In this document: one piece after another, positions 12,631 to 26,380 of the stretch
How the letters are laid out: each line of letters opens with the position of its first letter
Numbering within the stretch: the stretch's first letter is position 1
Assembly (NCBI GenBank): GCA_965644265.1
Contig: OZ286462.1
Span: 38,688,001-38,752,000, forward strand
Length of the DNA stretch: 64,000 nt
Direction: 5' to 3'
Origin: Glycera tridactyla
Taxonomy: Eukaryota
Notes under the pieces: model-generated
Told to the model about the DNA's origin: nothing
What the model saw: the letters and a program-made list of their open reading frames with translations, nothing else
Databases searched by the model: none
Made by a program: the position numbers and the translations under genes

Positions 12631-13275
12631 CAGTATTCAATGATCCACTGCATGAGAACCGGTAGAATATCACTCAAAGGGACACAGAGAAGAAAATGGT
12701 GAATAATCAAAAATTCAACTCGATCTTTGGAACCAGACTCTTGCTGGATGCAGAAATATGTACAAAGCAATGACCAAAAGGAAAGCTGCAAGATGTTTAC
12801 CTACCACTGTACCAAAAAATGTATGAGTAATACATTCTCTCCACAAACACATCCAAATGCTGTACCATATCAATTTGCCATTATGAATGGACTGATGAAT
12901 GGAATGACATACTGCTCTACAGCAATGCATCGCAGATGCCACCAGTTGATGAAGGATAGAGGATGCAGTTGCATCTCTCAAAGGCTACAAATACCAAACT
13001 TTTGCAGTAACATCAAATTTTCCACAACCCCATCTCTGACCTCATCTGCTGATTTCCTACTTGCACAAAGATGAGGGATAATCCTTGCAGCATGGAAAAG
13101 TGTGAAAGGTCATGTCCAAATAGGGTTGTGAGTCAATTTATGGAGAGTTCACATGTTGTCAGGGATTTGCAAGGCGAGAAACCCAGAATGAATAGCAGAA
13201 CACTTGCCTGGAGATTCACCTTGAGCTCACCTCAAAGTGCACCCTCTGCAGTCATTATGTGCCCAATTATATGCA

Positions 13276-13498
13276 CAGGGTTGCATCCAGGATTCTCTGA
13301 AATGGGGGCATTAGGCCCCTCAAATTTGAGAAAAGGGGGCATTTCTCCACAGAAGGTCCTAAAATGGGCTCACTCAACATGGCATAGTGCAAACCTTTGT
13401 TGATTTAGGGGGCATCAGGGCCCCTCTTGCCTCGAAATGGGGCCCACACTGAAAAAAGATGTGAAATGCCCCCATGCCCCCCGCTGGATGCAACCCTG
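13276..13498. mobile_element. hAT-like MITE with 6-bp TSD
   Basis: Perfect 15-bp TIR CAGGGTTGCATCCAG / CTGGATGCAACCCTG; TATGCA directly flanks both ends. Confidence 0.85.
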
Positions 13499-13649
13499 TA
13501 TGCATATGCATATGTTAGCCATCAAAATGCTGCTAGAAGACAGGCAGTCACTGTACACCAGGAAAATATTGTGGAAATATGACAGTCATAACCCATATTG
13601 GTCATTACATCCTGGAAACCAACAGAAAAAGCAGTAGAAGACTGCCTAC

Positions 13650-13747
13650 CTTGCAAGCTTGATAATGGCTGGATTGGTGTCTTTGAGTATCACTATATTG
13701 CAGCAAGAAGGAGCAACAATGATATAATCTGCATCAGAATACCATGT
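13650..13747 (-). CDS. Candidate exon (98 nt), unknown protein
   Basis: Acceptor GTATTTTTCAG, donor AAG|GTAGGC; single open frame TWYSDADYIIVAPSCCNIVILKDTNPAIIKLA. No recognisable homology. Confidence 0.25.
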
Positions 13748-14569
13748 CTGAAAAATACATGGTAGTGTGGCAGATATTGTCATGTGAAATGTTGTTTGAA
13801 TGATGAACTGAATATCATGTGGCATCAGCTACCCCTGAAATTCATGATGTACTTCTGCTATGTGGAATCTCAATGGTCAATTCCCGTCCTGAGTGGTGTA
13901 TGTTTAACGATGCACAACTGAACAAGTTCCTCATCATAGCTGTGAATAGAAACAATAGCAACGTAAATTAGGAAAAGTTACTGAGCCTGAGCATTCACTC
14001 TGAGGATTGACCTGGAGGGGAGCTCATGAAATGGAGTGGTATAAAGAATGTCATCCAGAGGCAAATTTGGCATGAAGTACCCAACTGTCAGCAGGAAGAT
14101 GACTGCAACTATTACAATTCACATAAATCATTTTTACTGGCGATTATCAAAAAGCCAGGCAAATCTCAGCAAATCTAGAGATTACATAGTTGGTGCTCAA
14201 AAGCACAGCAATGTTGGTGGCCTTCCCACAAATGTCCCGTCAGTATGACTGCTAGCAACTCTGTATAATGTTGTTTTTCCTTTTTAGTGATTGTGAGTAA
14301 TTGTTCTCCTGAAAAAAAGAAAACAATATTTGCTCATCTCAACGTGAAATGTACCTTGCACAATATGTGATAAACCCTGAAGTATTGCATAATAGTATAG
14401 ATATTCATGGAATAGGTCCTGGGTAAGTGAAGATCTCCTGATTACATTTCTGGAACAACACAGACCCTACAGAAGTTTTCGATTTTCATAAGATATTGCT
14501 ATTCACATGATTTTGAAGTATTTTCCTTTGCAGTATTTCAACAATAAGAGGAGTCACCACTGTCATAGA

Positions 14570-14755
14570 GCCTGCCTTGGTGGCTCAGTGGTAGCATGCT
14601 GGGTCGGCCTGCAATGGGTCCGGGGTTCGAACCCCGGTCCTACCATGCAGGAATGTTTCACTCTTCATCTTCGCTCCTCCTTGGCAGGTGGTCTGATTTA
14701 GCCTACTCAAGTGCAGAAAATGGACCTGAAACCTTAACATTTCATTTTATTTTTT
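14570..14755 (+). mobile_element. tRNA-derived SINE, full length, 13-bp TSD
   Basis: A box TGGCTCAGTGG 14581-14591; B box GGTTCGAACCC 14624-14634; CATTT/T-rich tail; TSD CCACTGTCATAGA at 14557-14569 and 14756-14768. Confidence 0.9.
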
Positions 14756-14771
14756 CCACTGTCATAGATAC

Positions 14772-14850
14772 ATCACTGCTGTCACCACTGCCACCAAAGC
14801 TGCCGTTGCTGCTGCTGCTGCTGCTACCAATGATACTGCTGTCTTCACCA
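14772..14850. repeat. Degenerate (CTG/CCA)n low-complexity tract
   Basis: GCTGCTGCTGCTGCTGCT core with decayed trinucleotide flanks. Confidence 0.8.
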
Positions 14851-15349
14851 AAATGTCAACATCTTGATGATCTTGCTGAAAAATCATACCTGGTCCTGAC
14901 TGAATGTTTCTGTGTGGAAATGTACATCATTAACCCTGATCCTATTTGGCCTTTGTGTGGTCTTCCGAGGGCCATGTCATCACATTGGAGGCTGTATTTT
15001 GTGACAACCTAAGATTGTCTCTGTCACCACTACACACACCTATTCTATAGTTTGGATGTTGGATGTCAATGCCCAATGTTTATTGGTGTATGGTGATGTT
15101 CACTTTGAACAGGCGTTTTGAATCCCAATAGACTTGACTGGCCTACCAGGTCTCCCTTCTATAGAAGTCTGGAAATTAATGTTGCCAGAAACCTTACTTG
15201 GTTTTTCACTACCTGTCCTTATTCATTATTTCCTCCTCTGTGTCCATCTCAGACATGTTTCAACCAGATTTACAGCAAAGATGGAGAATAGGAATCTGTT
15301 TGGTCTTCAACATCTATGAAGACCTGGTGAACATTTGCATTGATTTCAG

Positions 15350-15437
15350 GCTAGTGTTCAAGGCAGACCTTCCCAGCGGCAGGCAGGCACACTTTTACGA
15401 GGCATCGACTGTACGCACGGAGAATGATAGATTACAG
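15350..15437 (+). CDS. Candidate internal exon (88 nt), unknown protein
   Basis: Acceptor TTGCATTGATTTCAG, donor CAG|GTCAGT; GC- and CpG-rich relative to flanks; open frame (R)LVFKADLPSGRQAHFYEASTVRTENDRLQ. Confidence 0.45.
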
Positions 15438-16909
15438 GTCAGTCAACATTAGCCCTGTTGCGTAATGACGGGAAATATGTGCTGCACTTGCAATAAATAC
15501 TTGATATGGTACCACAAAACATACATCATTCCTGTCATCATGATTCTGGATGCCCATCTATTACATAAATCACACTGGACTAACTCCTGCCATGACCCTC
15601 AGAACAAGATTGTCCAGTGACAAGTCAAAATCATACTAGTCCATAATATAACATCGGTGTCACAAATACTATACATGTAATTGTTATGATAGTCATCATA
15701 CAGATATAATGATCATCAAGTATAATGAACATCATATCCACAAGAAATGTAAAATTATACCACAGAATAAGCAGTGCAATAGCGTTCACCATTCCATGGT
15801 CAAAACACATGATATGTTGCTAGTATATGTTTTATGTTAACCAGTGCTGACCCAAATCTAGCTTAAGGAGAATAGCTTGCTAGAATGAAATAATGTACTT
15901 CACACTATCGGCATTTGTCATTGTCATTGATTAACAATTTTTACATTGTTTTATTTATTTATTTATTGATTCATCAGTGACACCCATGTAATATGAGAAT
16001 ATCATCAATAACAATTTCTTATAGAATCATTATAATTCACCAATAGTCAGTTCTAGACATCCCTTTGATGATGACAGTGAATTTCCATCTATCTAGGTGA
16101 CTGAGTGGTTTCTTGCATGAAACAGGTAGCAGAGTGCAGTTGTTCCAACATAACATGTTTGTCGAAATAAAGTTGCTGTCATCATCATTGTCATATTGAA
16201 CCAGAACAAGAACATAAACCTGGAAACTTTGCTATCAGATGCTGAATACGTGGTGAGCAGGTCACATTATCAGATGTGCATTATGGGTAGGTCACATGAT
16301 CAGGTGTGCATTATGGGAAGGTCATATGACTAGTGGTGCTAATGGCTAGACAACAAAAATCACATGCAACTTTTTTCTCACATCAATACATACACCATCC
16401 AAGAAGGGCGGGATATGAGTAGCTTTTTGATATTTGAGAATTCTCAAGTGCATCACAAAAAATGCAGCTCAAGGTATCAGAATCCGATGGCAATGCCCTC
16501 TCATCTTTATGACCAGATTTAACAGCAGCTCCATGAATTACATATTGCTTGGCCAACTCTGACCTCAACAAAAAATTCAACTTCTGTTTCACTTGAGCCT
16601 CATCAAGCCGAAGACTGTTAAAATGATGTATAAGATGAAAGCTTCCTTGCATTACTGCTTCAATTTACCTGGATCTGAGCCACAAAGTTACCATCCCTGT
16701 TTCCATCATTTATCTGCATTTGACAACAGGATGAAATGTACAGAAGTAGAGAAACCATTTGCAGTATAGCAACAGATTTTCTGCAACATAGGATTGAACA
16801 TTTTCAGATCTCAATGAAACTGCAAGATTATAATCCCCATCGTCATATGCAGATAACTGCTCCAACCTTACTTCATCAAAAGATTTGAGAACACCCAGTT
16901 TCAGATTAA

Positions 16910-17573
16910 AACTAGAGCTTTGTCACAGAGGTGACTAAAAATACCCCAACGCCACTTCAATACTAAGTACATGTATGTATGCAATATGGCCAAGGTGCAG
17001 CTGATCTGTCTATAAAGGCCACCACCTGTCACACCAAAAAGTGGCATGCGTAGACAGGTGGTTTTATTAGAGGTCATTCATAGTTGAAAGAAATTATCAT
17101 GGTCCCAGGGTGACATTTATAGGCAGGTGGTCTTTATAGAGAGGTTGTATCTAAAATAGGTTTGACTATGTGTGTGCATGCATGTGTGTATTTGTGTATT
17201 GAGGGAAGGAAAAAGGCTGTGCTATGTAATTGTGGAGAGAGCTAAGAAATGAATTACAGTCATATGAGAACAACAGAAGCATTCAATTACCAGATAATCT
17301 TACATAACAATGAAAGGAAAGCCAAGGGGAGTGTGAGAGGCCTTACAGACAATTACCGAGCTTCCAAACTTACAGATACAATCAAATACAAATCTGCATT
17401 ATGTCTTGCACATCTACATTTAATGGCGATGACATATGGCAAGTCTCGATCCAATAGCTCCAGTAATGTGGGAGTAGTTCGCAGGACACACTTTTGCGAA
17501 CATACTGACCGACCAACCGACCGACCGTCCAACCAGTATACTCCCTTCCAATCTTCGTTTGGGCAGGGTGTAA
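16910..17573 (-). mobile_element. HINE-like element (family B) with internal Tc1/mariner-type MITE relic
   Basis: Left end ACTAGAG, hairpin GTCAC-AGAG-GTGAC, subterminal ATACCCC; right end (GACC)n then hairpin TATACTCCC...GGGCAGGGTGTAA. MITE-like relic ~17000-17168 ends AGGTTTGACTA and resembles 56626-56807. Confidence 0.6.
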
Positions 17574-18222
17574 CCAGACACTTCATTCGATAACATCCCA
17601 GCAAAAGTCTGTGTGTTGCTTCTGACTGAACACCATAACACTATTAAGAATAGACTTGTAAGAGTCTATCAGAATGTGTTGAATCATTCCCACATTTAAG
17701 CAAGAAGCATTCAAAACTAATGAACAGGACAACAGCAATGCCAAGATATCTTATCTCAGCAACATAAGTATGCTTTATTCAAGGTTACCAACAAATGGCA
17801 AGTTTGGTACTCTCTGATATGATTGCCAGAAATGGGAATTTGAATTATTTCCATCCTCAATTCAACTTTTGAATTAAACTGCAATTCTTGGATGATAGAA
17901 CCAGAGCAATGGGAGGCACCGAAGCGACATGTGAAGAAAACCCAAGCTCCACCATAAATCACCCAACACCAGAATAGAATGAACATTTGTAATAATAAAT
18001 CAAATGCCACATCCGAACAGGCAGTAATGGGAGAAAAAGGAATTGTTGCCACACAGAATGACTTTGTGTCTGCTCAAAAGGATTTTGAGCTGTATCTTGA
18101 TTTTACAGCATTTACTCGAACAGCCATTCTTTCTTTCTGGTTTTTTAATCAGATAAAGTGCACAATCCATAAACCGTCTATTACGTGACGTGTCATCCCA
18201 CACCGATGTAATATATTTTCAG

Positions 18223-18340
18223 ACCTCCAGGGAACTTGCTCAAGCTGTCGCATAGCATGCCTGGAGCGACCCTGTTTGTAGATAGAGCAAGATCGACAAA
18301 AATGTTGAAATGGAAACATGGGATGTATAAAATGGTCAAT
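18223..18340 (+). CDS. Candidate internal exon (118 nt), unknown protein
   Basis: Acceptor ATATATTTTCAG, donor GTAAGA; only one open frame, PPGNLLKLSHSMPGATLFVDRARSTKMLKWKHGMYKMVN. Confidence 0.4.
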
Positions 18341-18695
18341 GTAAGATAAGGTGCATTTCAGATGGCCTCACTCTGCTAGATTAGAATTTGATTGAATTTG
18401 TCCCAGCAGAGGAACAGTGATAAATTGTATTCACAATGATTTATTTTCCCTACCTAGTTGATGCAGTGAAAAATACCCCTGATAGAGAGCTAAGACATAC
18501 ATCCTGACTGGCCCAGTGAAGTGTTAGATGCTGGGATGGGGCTCTTTCCAGGAGCATTTTCTCATGTCTCAGACTCCTGGAACACTTTGTCACCCCCCAG
18601 CAGACAAGAGTGTCAAAGGTGGCAAGAATTATCATTTATCATGGTATTCCAGAATTTTATATATCCTAACAGCCAAAAATACACACACGCAAACA

Positions 18696-18826
18696 NNNNN
18701 NNNNNNNNNNNNNNNNNNNNNNNNNNNNNNNNNNNNNNNNNNNNNNNNNNNNNNNNNNNNNNNNNNNNNNNNNNNNNNNNNNNNNNNNNNNNNNNNNNNN
18801 NNNNNNNNNNNNNNNNNNNNNNNNNN
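18696..18826. other. Assembly gap (131 N)
   Basis: N run flanked by CA-rich and GACA repeats. Confidence 1.
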
Positions 18827-18861
18827 TCAGACAGACAGTTCAACTTTCATCAAATTCCAAA

Positions 18862-18970
18862 TGTAAAGCATGAGTCCTTGGTCTATGGAGCATTGATGCT
18901 TTTCCCCAGGCATCACTCTCACAAACCCTGAAAACAGAATGGTTGGGAATCAGAAAGGATGTCAGGTGTA
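18862..18970 (-). repeat. Old dispersed repeat (copy 2 of 4)
   Basis: Homologous to 8851-9022, 26381-26555 and 39545-39661. Confidence 0.55.
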
Positions 18971-19603
18971 TGGACAGACAGACAGACACACCCGCACATG
19001 GACAGACAGACAGTCGGACAGGCAGGGGGACAGACAGACACATCACACCTACATAACTGAGTCAAGGAGGACAGACATATCCATGGACGGCCACTATAGA
19101 CAGATATTTAAGACAGATCTATATATAGATCGATTGTCAGATAAGAAGGCAGACAAATCTTGAGTGCATATAAGTCTAAATAGAGAATTGATGAATTTCA
19201 GAATGTCAGATGACCCAATCTATTATGATTTGACAATGTAAGATATTACTTCTCACACAATGGCAAGCAGAATTCATAGGTCCCTAATTCCACTATTTCA
19301 TTAGTAAGCTCCCACATCAAAAGGCACAATATGCCGAAAATATCAAAGACACCTTTCTCAATTCAGAAACATAATTATATTTCGATACCTGATGCTAAGA
19401 AATCATGGCAGATGACAGCAAAATTACATAATGCAGCAGATATTTCAGATTGAATTCCTGCAGTTCCATACTTTGACCCATAGAGAAGTATTCACATAGT
19501 CAAGTTAATCTAATGAATAGAGCTTATTGTATCAGCTTTTATAGTGAATACAAAGGAGCACAAATGATTCAGCTCTGATGATACTGTATATTTCTGTACA
19601 TAC

Positions 19604-19738
19604 CTGAATACTCTCATGCCACAAGGCATAGAACAGGTTCCAGGCAAACAATACTTGCTCATGAGTATAGAACAACAAAGACCAATAATTGTTGAGCTGG
19701 TTTGGCAATATGGTTTGGCGAAAAAGCCAACTCTTCTC
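19604..19738 (-). CDS. Candidate exon (135 nt), unknown protein
   Basis: Acceptor CACATTGCAG, donor CAG|GTATGT; two open frames, one reading EKSWLFRQTILPNQLNNYWSLLFYTHEQVLFAWNLFYALWHESIQ. Confidence 0.27.
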
Positions 19739-19899
19739 CTGCAATGTGATTGGTCGTGAGTCCACCAAAATACCGTCAAACTTGTCCTAAGTCTGTCCAC
19801 CAAAATACCGTCAAACTTGTCCTAAGTCAGAACTACCTGTAAGCAACAGATTTCTGTTCATCTCACAAGCATATTTTCAATATAAATGACCTGCATTGA

Positions 19900-20861
19900 C
19901 CCTTTGCATCATGAAAGCCATGACGTTTCGACTATTTGGCGTATAAATGCGTCATGAGCGAGCCTTCGCTAGCATCGAGTGCGCCATGACGTGACAGCTG
20001 TCACTTGCATACATTTACACGCAGAGTCACGGCAGAACATCGAGAAATTAGCGTTTCTTTCCTGGCGCCCCACACTTTTAATAATGGTCAGAAACTTACC
20101 AAAAAATTCGCCTGAGCAGATTGGAGGATGCTGAAGAAGATGATTACCTCAAATTGTCGATAGTGCATGGATAAAGGGGATTGGCGAACCGCCGAACATA
20201 GGGTGAAACGCGGGAAAAAATGAAGAAGTAACTGAAAAAATTGCGCAGTATATGCCGCAAACCGTTTGAATTTATATCAAATGGTTTTCTCGTAATGGCG
20301 AGGTGAAAATTTTGCATCGCGAGCGAAAAGTGAGTGAAAAACAAGATGGCGGTGGTGGAATTCACTGTGTTCGTTCCGTACTCTCGTCGTCCATCGCAAA
20401 CTTCGATAAGATATGCATACCAATCGATTCCCAGCTCTCAAATATGATAGTTGGAATAATAAATCCCGGAAATACGACGTATATTGGCTGTAAATCCATG
20501 GTGAAGACCACAATTCTTTGCAAGGGATGTTGATACCGGCTTCCTCCAGCCTACTACGTCATCATTTCTTGTTGGAATCGCCGGGAAATCCTCACATGAT
20601 CACAACAAGAACGTGTTCTTCACATTGCTTTGCAGTTTATAGCGATATACGTATGGTAAGCCCTCCAAATAGTTGTTTCCGTGTGGTGTATAATTTTTTT
20701 GATTGCGTTTTTTTTTGCGTCATGGTCATGATACGTCATAGTGCGTCGCATGCATAATTGGCTATATGACAATATACCTCTCACGCATAATTGGCCGTAC
20801 GTAAAAATATGTCTCATGCATAATCGGCTATACGTCAAAATACGTCACATGGCGCAAAGGG
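19900..20861. mobile_element. Non-autonomous piggyBac-type transposon
   Basis: TTGA|CCCTTTGCATCATG ... CATGGCGCAAAGGG|TTAA (CCC/GGG termini, TTAA site with the left copy mutated); three ~33-bp subterminal repeats at ~20750-20850; CpG-rich; no transposase ORF. Confidence 0.8.
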
Positions 20862-23331
20862 TTAAGCATGAACTTGCTCTAACTGCATGGTTTTATCACG
20901 TTCTTTGACTTCATGCTTAGGACAGGTTTCACAGTTTAGCACTCTCCCAGTGATGAAGCGTGACTGCGAGAATGCCATCTTAGGCAGTCTCATAATTCAC
21001 ATGACTGAGTAATCAAGAATCCGGGCTATTCTCTGGGTGTGCATGGCATGAAAATGTCGTTTCATCCAAGGAGATCGGATCATTTGACAGTGGACATTCA
21101 TGATTGATGAATGGTGTTGTGGTCCATATAATGAATATAAACCTTTCACCAATCATAGACAATCATCGGCACCTGACCAATATCTATGTCTCAAAACCAT
21201 TCGACCAAATCATTTGCCAATGCTCAAGTTTCATACATTTTCTGCTCACCCAATTTCATATTTCATAAGGCTGAGAGAGAATTCAGTAGCCTGCTGTTGT
21301 GCTATATGGACGTCTGTATCCCAAGTTGCCCCCTTATGAACTGAAAGTGAATTTTCTCAGCTGTATATTTTCGACAATCAAAGTGGGATTTTCACCGGCC
21401 TACCTGTAAATGATCATACACTATAGGCAGGCATACTGATGAACAAACCTGACATATGAATGAAGCTGCCTACTTGGGCCAGTTGGGCAGGTTTCAGTAT
21501 TAAGCCCTGATTACTAAAACACTAACAGAGTATTTTCATAACAATGAATCACCATCAGCACCAGACCAAACAATTTTTTCGTTGTATTATAAATAAAAAC
21601 ACAGTCTCCTGTTCTTCTCAGCCACCATCTCCAAGAAGCTGCCAATGTCAATGATGTCAGTATATCCTGGTAGAATCATGGATAACTCATGACATGGCAT
21701 CATCTCATATCTATGATGTTACACTCGAAATAGATGATGATTCATTTGTTCCATGATCCATCAGGGTGCTGCCATCTAGATAGCATCATCAATTAAATTA
21801 CATCATGTATCCTCTCCATATAGCACGACACACTTTTCTATCAAATCTAAAAAGTCTTGCAAAAAAACTCATTGCCATTGGTTTCAAGGAATATGCTGAG
21901 CCATGAATTTGAAGCCACAGCTGGGTAGTTTAGCATCTCTGACCATCATCATACGGGGTTTTAGATGGCCTGCGTGATTCTAAGGAGCAAATGTTCTCAT
22001 TTCCTGGCATTTTCCATATTCAAAACAGGATGATATCAACAAATTTGGCATCCAGGTGTGAAATTGTATGGGAACCTCAACCTGATCTCACTTTTGAATG
22101 TGAAAGCATCAAGGATACTGGTCATACTTGGATTCGAAGGACTTTACAAAAGCCCAGCTAGTGTATGAGAAACAAAGCCAGGAGGAAGATGACGACCAGT
22201 TCCATGCCTTGAAATATCTGTGAATACCCAGCATGAGGTATGCATAAGGAATGTATTCAAAATTTGGTCATGGATTGCATAACTGGAAGATATCCATCTA
22301 CTTTGATGACATTCAGCAATTTCTCTTAAGTACTCTCAGAAGAGCATTGAGTATGCAACGAGACAATCTCTGAGAGAAGACCACTTCTTTTGGAGGACCA
22401 CATTTCGTAAGACCAATTCCTCTATAATATAGGAAAAACCCTTTGAAAAGGGATCATTTATTCAAAAACCACTATTCATAGTCACTCATAGCAGCTTCTC
22501 CAATGTATCAATACTTGGAAGGATCCACTATAAAATCTTGAATTTGTAACTTGCAGAGTTTTTATTCAAATGTCAGAACAGTAAGTTTTGGAGGAAGCAA
22601 GAAATGTACTGCCATTGGCATCTGGGTGCCTCCCTTCAGCTCTGACAGTTTGGATAGGTTGCAATGCATCTCACATAGTTCAAAATGAGATGCCTGTATG
22701 GGGAAATGTAGTTTTCTAGAGCCAATCAAGCCATTAATAGTGAAAAGTTATCCAAACTCTCCCAAGTTTTGGCTTGAATTATTCATCGGGATTTTCAATT
22801 TAGCCGGGTAGCTGCTTTGTGCTCCATGCAACTCCGGTATATTTTCTAATCAGAGCTGCTCACTACATGCTTGCACTGCTTTTTTCTGGCACTAATGAGA
22901 GGGATCAAAGCAATCTAACAACATGCACTGTTCTTCTCCAGTATCATACTTCCTTGATACTCATTGAATGCAATGTAAACCATTCCATGATTCATCAGAA
23001 GTCTGACTTGATTAACCTCCACAGGATACTGAGATATAGTGGGATATGGAACTTCCTTCCAAGCTTGCATGGAGATATATCATAGTGTGAGAGTTAAAGA
23101 GAACCTTCCAATGACAGTGCAGCCAAGAATCTAATTAATTAGGGGACACATTATGGCCTTTTATCAAGATGCTGCAATATCCCTATTGCGTGAGATTCAT
23201 CGATGCAACAGATGAGCTTAACTATTTGCCAACCGGAACTGGATGAATGGTGCAATGAGAGTATATTTTGTGGTTGGTTGATTGATCGGATCTTTGCTTG
23301 GTAGGCGTGGCTGTCATGGTGATTCTTGATA

Positions 23332-23478
23332 CAGTAAAACATGTGACGAGAGACCCCTGATGAGACCACTCCAAAGAGAGCCAGCTTCAGCAGGGCAGCA
23401 TTCCTATTAGTCAAATATACCTCTAATGAGACCATTTTTTGTAATGTTCAGGGGGGTCTCTTGTCACGAGACTGACTG
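23332..23478. mobile_element. Tc1/mariner-type MITE (CAGTGAAACCTGT family)
   Basis: TA|CAGTAAAACATGTGACGAGAGACC ... GGTCTCTTGTCACGAGACTGACTG|TA. Confidence 0.75.
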
Positions 23479-25599
23479 TATAAAGGAGGATGTGGGAAAT
23501 TAGTTTTATATCTATATTACATCCCATTTGAGCATCGTTCTCAAAGATATCTGGAAACCGGGATGACTGTCGATTCTGGTAGTTCTGACATGACTCTACC
23601 TACATTCACAAATATAAATGCACTTATCTATGGCAACCAACCTTACACACACACACACACAATGTACATAATCAGAAAGGAGAAAAGTCCAACTGCAAAA
23701 CAAAAGGCAAATAATGACATTTCTATTGATATAAATGTAGTTTTTGAGATGAGAGTTTCTTCAAAAGTTCTATGAGCACCATTGGAGAGGATTGGATATT
23801 GACACAGATGTACAACAATGTTGATAGCCAAAAAGGTATTGCTTTTTTGAAGCAAATTTGGTAATTGTACGGTCAGCAATCCGCCATGCATCCCCAAGGC
23901 ACTCAAAACAATATGCCAATGTCAATCACTGGCGAATAAGATAACATTCTATCGCCATCAGTTAGCAGCCACATATGCAGAATGCGAAAAATCGCTGCAA
24001 GTGCGATAAGCAGTAATACAAGTGACTTCACTCCATAAGATTAGAATTTGATTGAGTTCTTCATATTTGCAAGACAATGATGAATTAGTTTGCATGATTT
24101 ATCATCCTACTGGGTTCAACGACTGAAAAGCCATAATTTAACCCATCCTTCAAGAGCTGAATCCCGATATCCAGATACACCGATAAAATCATCAAACATG
24201 ACTTCATAGGACACAGATTCAGTGAAGTATAATTGGTGTTAAAATGCATGATATTAAGTCAGTTTGAGAGCCCATAAATCATCCCGACCTTGGTAATGAC
24301 CCTTCTTCAGGCTCACCGCACCAAAACTGGCTGACATTTCAAAAATGCCTGCATGTCGGCCATTGCTCAGGCTTTTCTGTCTTCTCATTCCAAAATTGTG
24401 AAAGCCTAAATTTGATGTCCATCTGGTTTCAATGTATACAAACTAAAGTTGAAAATCAGGTGTGTTTAGTGGTGAGATGATTCATGAGATCAATCTATCC
24501 ATGAAGTTGGTTTTGTTTCTATTGATCAATATCACTCAGCTGGAATTGATTTCATTTAAACAACATTATTAAAAGCTTTTTTTCTAGAACATGCATGTTG
24601 CTGTCATCATTTTATAAAACTTATTTGTCCATCTATCTCTCTCCGGTATCCCAAGTTGATTGACGTCTCTACCGAATGATTTCATGCCAAATTCCAGTCA
24701 GTCACCATTCTACATATCACCAAATCTGTCTTCTTCCAGAAATGGCAGAATATGAATTAGGGATCACTTCACTGATTGGGACAGATCCTGATCATTTGAA
24801 TCTTAAATCAGGTACTGATTCCTAACACATCATGAGATTGAAATTCAGTGGATTATTTGCAATCCACCCACTCAATATGGGATAAAAATATATGAATACA
24901 ATCAAATCTGTTATAAGAGGCCACCCTTCCGAAAGGTCAAAAATGGCCTCATGCATGGTTTACATGTATTTTGCATGCTGTATTGTTTCATGCAAAGGAT
25001 GGAATTTGCATCTGTAGATATGACCCAAAATGCCCCAGAGGTTCAGAACTGTATGTGGGTGAGTGTGTTGTGTGGGTGGGTGGGGATGTTGTTTGTGAGG
25101 ATGTCAGTTGTCTGTCAGTGTGATATCAGTTTAAATTGGCAGCCATCTTATATGCAGGCGATGATTCTGCCGGCAGACATGTGAACATTTCAGCGAAGCA
25201 GAGGCAAGGGAGCAATCATTAATCTGAGATGGGTGCTACCTCTTAACCAACCATTATTTCTTAGAAATCTTCAGATTGATATCTACCAATGCCATCATTG
25301 TATTACAAATTGCCAGTTTCCATCCTGTTCATTTCTATTTTCTTTGAAAAACACAGACACCAACTAGACATATAAGCTTATTTTTCATAATGCCATAGGT
25401 TCAGCATCTTTCATGCTGAGACAGGCACTTCCAGTGTGCTTCATGAACCCTTCACCGGGTCATCAGTGAATTGCGAGCTCAATCAAGCTTGCACCTATGG
25501 GAGAGAAATGCTAATGATGGTGCATGACAGCCTTATCAAATGAGGGTCAGAATTCTGATTTTTTGATAGGTTGTCTGATTGAAATAAGAAATTTCTATT

Positions 25600-25787
25600 C
25601 ATGAATGCGAAATTTTCGGGAAAAAAGGATTCACAAATCCAGAATTGATATTTTTGCTTTTTGGATTAGAAGTATTTATACCATAAAACCTGCAAAAAAT
25701 GAGTGGTGACAGGATGTACACAACCATACATACAGACCCTGAAGGTGGAACTATAATACCCGGATTTTTCAAGAGTGGGGTATAAAA
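25600..25787 (-). mobile_element. Fragment of a family-A-related HINE end
   Basis: GAAGGTGGAACTATAATACCCGGATTTTTCAAGAGTGGGGTATAAAA matches the right end of 6019-8185; left boundary approximate. Confidence 0.65.
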
Positions 25788-26380
25788 CAAGTTCCAGAGA
25801 TGTGCTTGAAAGTCAACTATCTTTTAAGGTGGAATTATACCACTGCTCAAAGTGAGGAAAGTTTGAGGTGCCAGGGAGAGAAAGATGGGGAAAGTAGCAG
25901 CAGAAAATGGCATCAATTAAAAGTTAATAGTGGCTCTTTATTGGAGTGGGAAATGTTAGTGCTGCCGTATATTTATTGTTGTGTAATATCATTGCCAATC
26001 TTTACAAGCTCCGTTAATGGCAACATATTGATTGAGCAGGTTTATACTCAGCAGGGAAAAATTTTACATGAGGTCCTAATACTGCTAATGGGCGGGAGGT
26101 GATAAAATGGTGGATGGCATGAAAGGATTTCCAGCTTATAGCTTTGTATCTGATCCAGGCTTTCCATGAAATTCCAAGACTTCTATGAATTCAGTCATGG
26201 TTATCATACCCAAATCCATGGGATTGCTCGGTGGTACTGGGTAAACAGTCTGGCATCACTTAGGACAAGTGGAAGGTTTCCTGCAAGAATCGCTGGTAAT
26301 ATTGAACAAATATTCAAAATTCCATCCAATAACCTATTTTGCTCTATGGATTCTCTTTGTTTTGTTTTTTGTTTGATTGA

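Noticed and set aside
14570-14645. tRNA gene
   Set aside because: Imperfect cloverleaf plus 3' extension, tail and TSD indicate a SINE.
18521-18931. ORFs spanning the N run
   Set aside because: Artefacts of the assembly gap.
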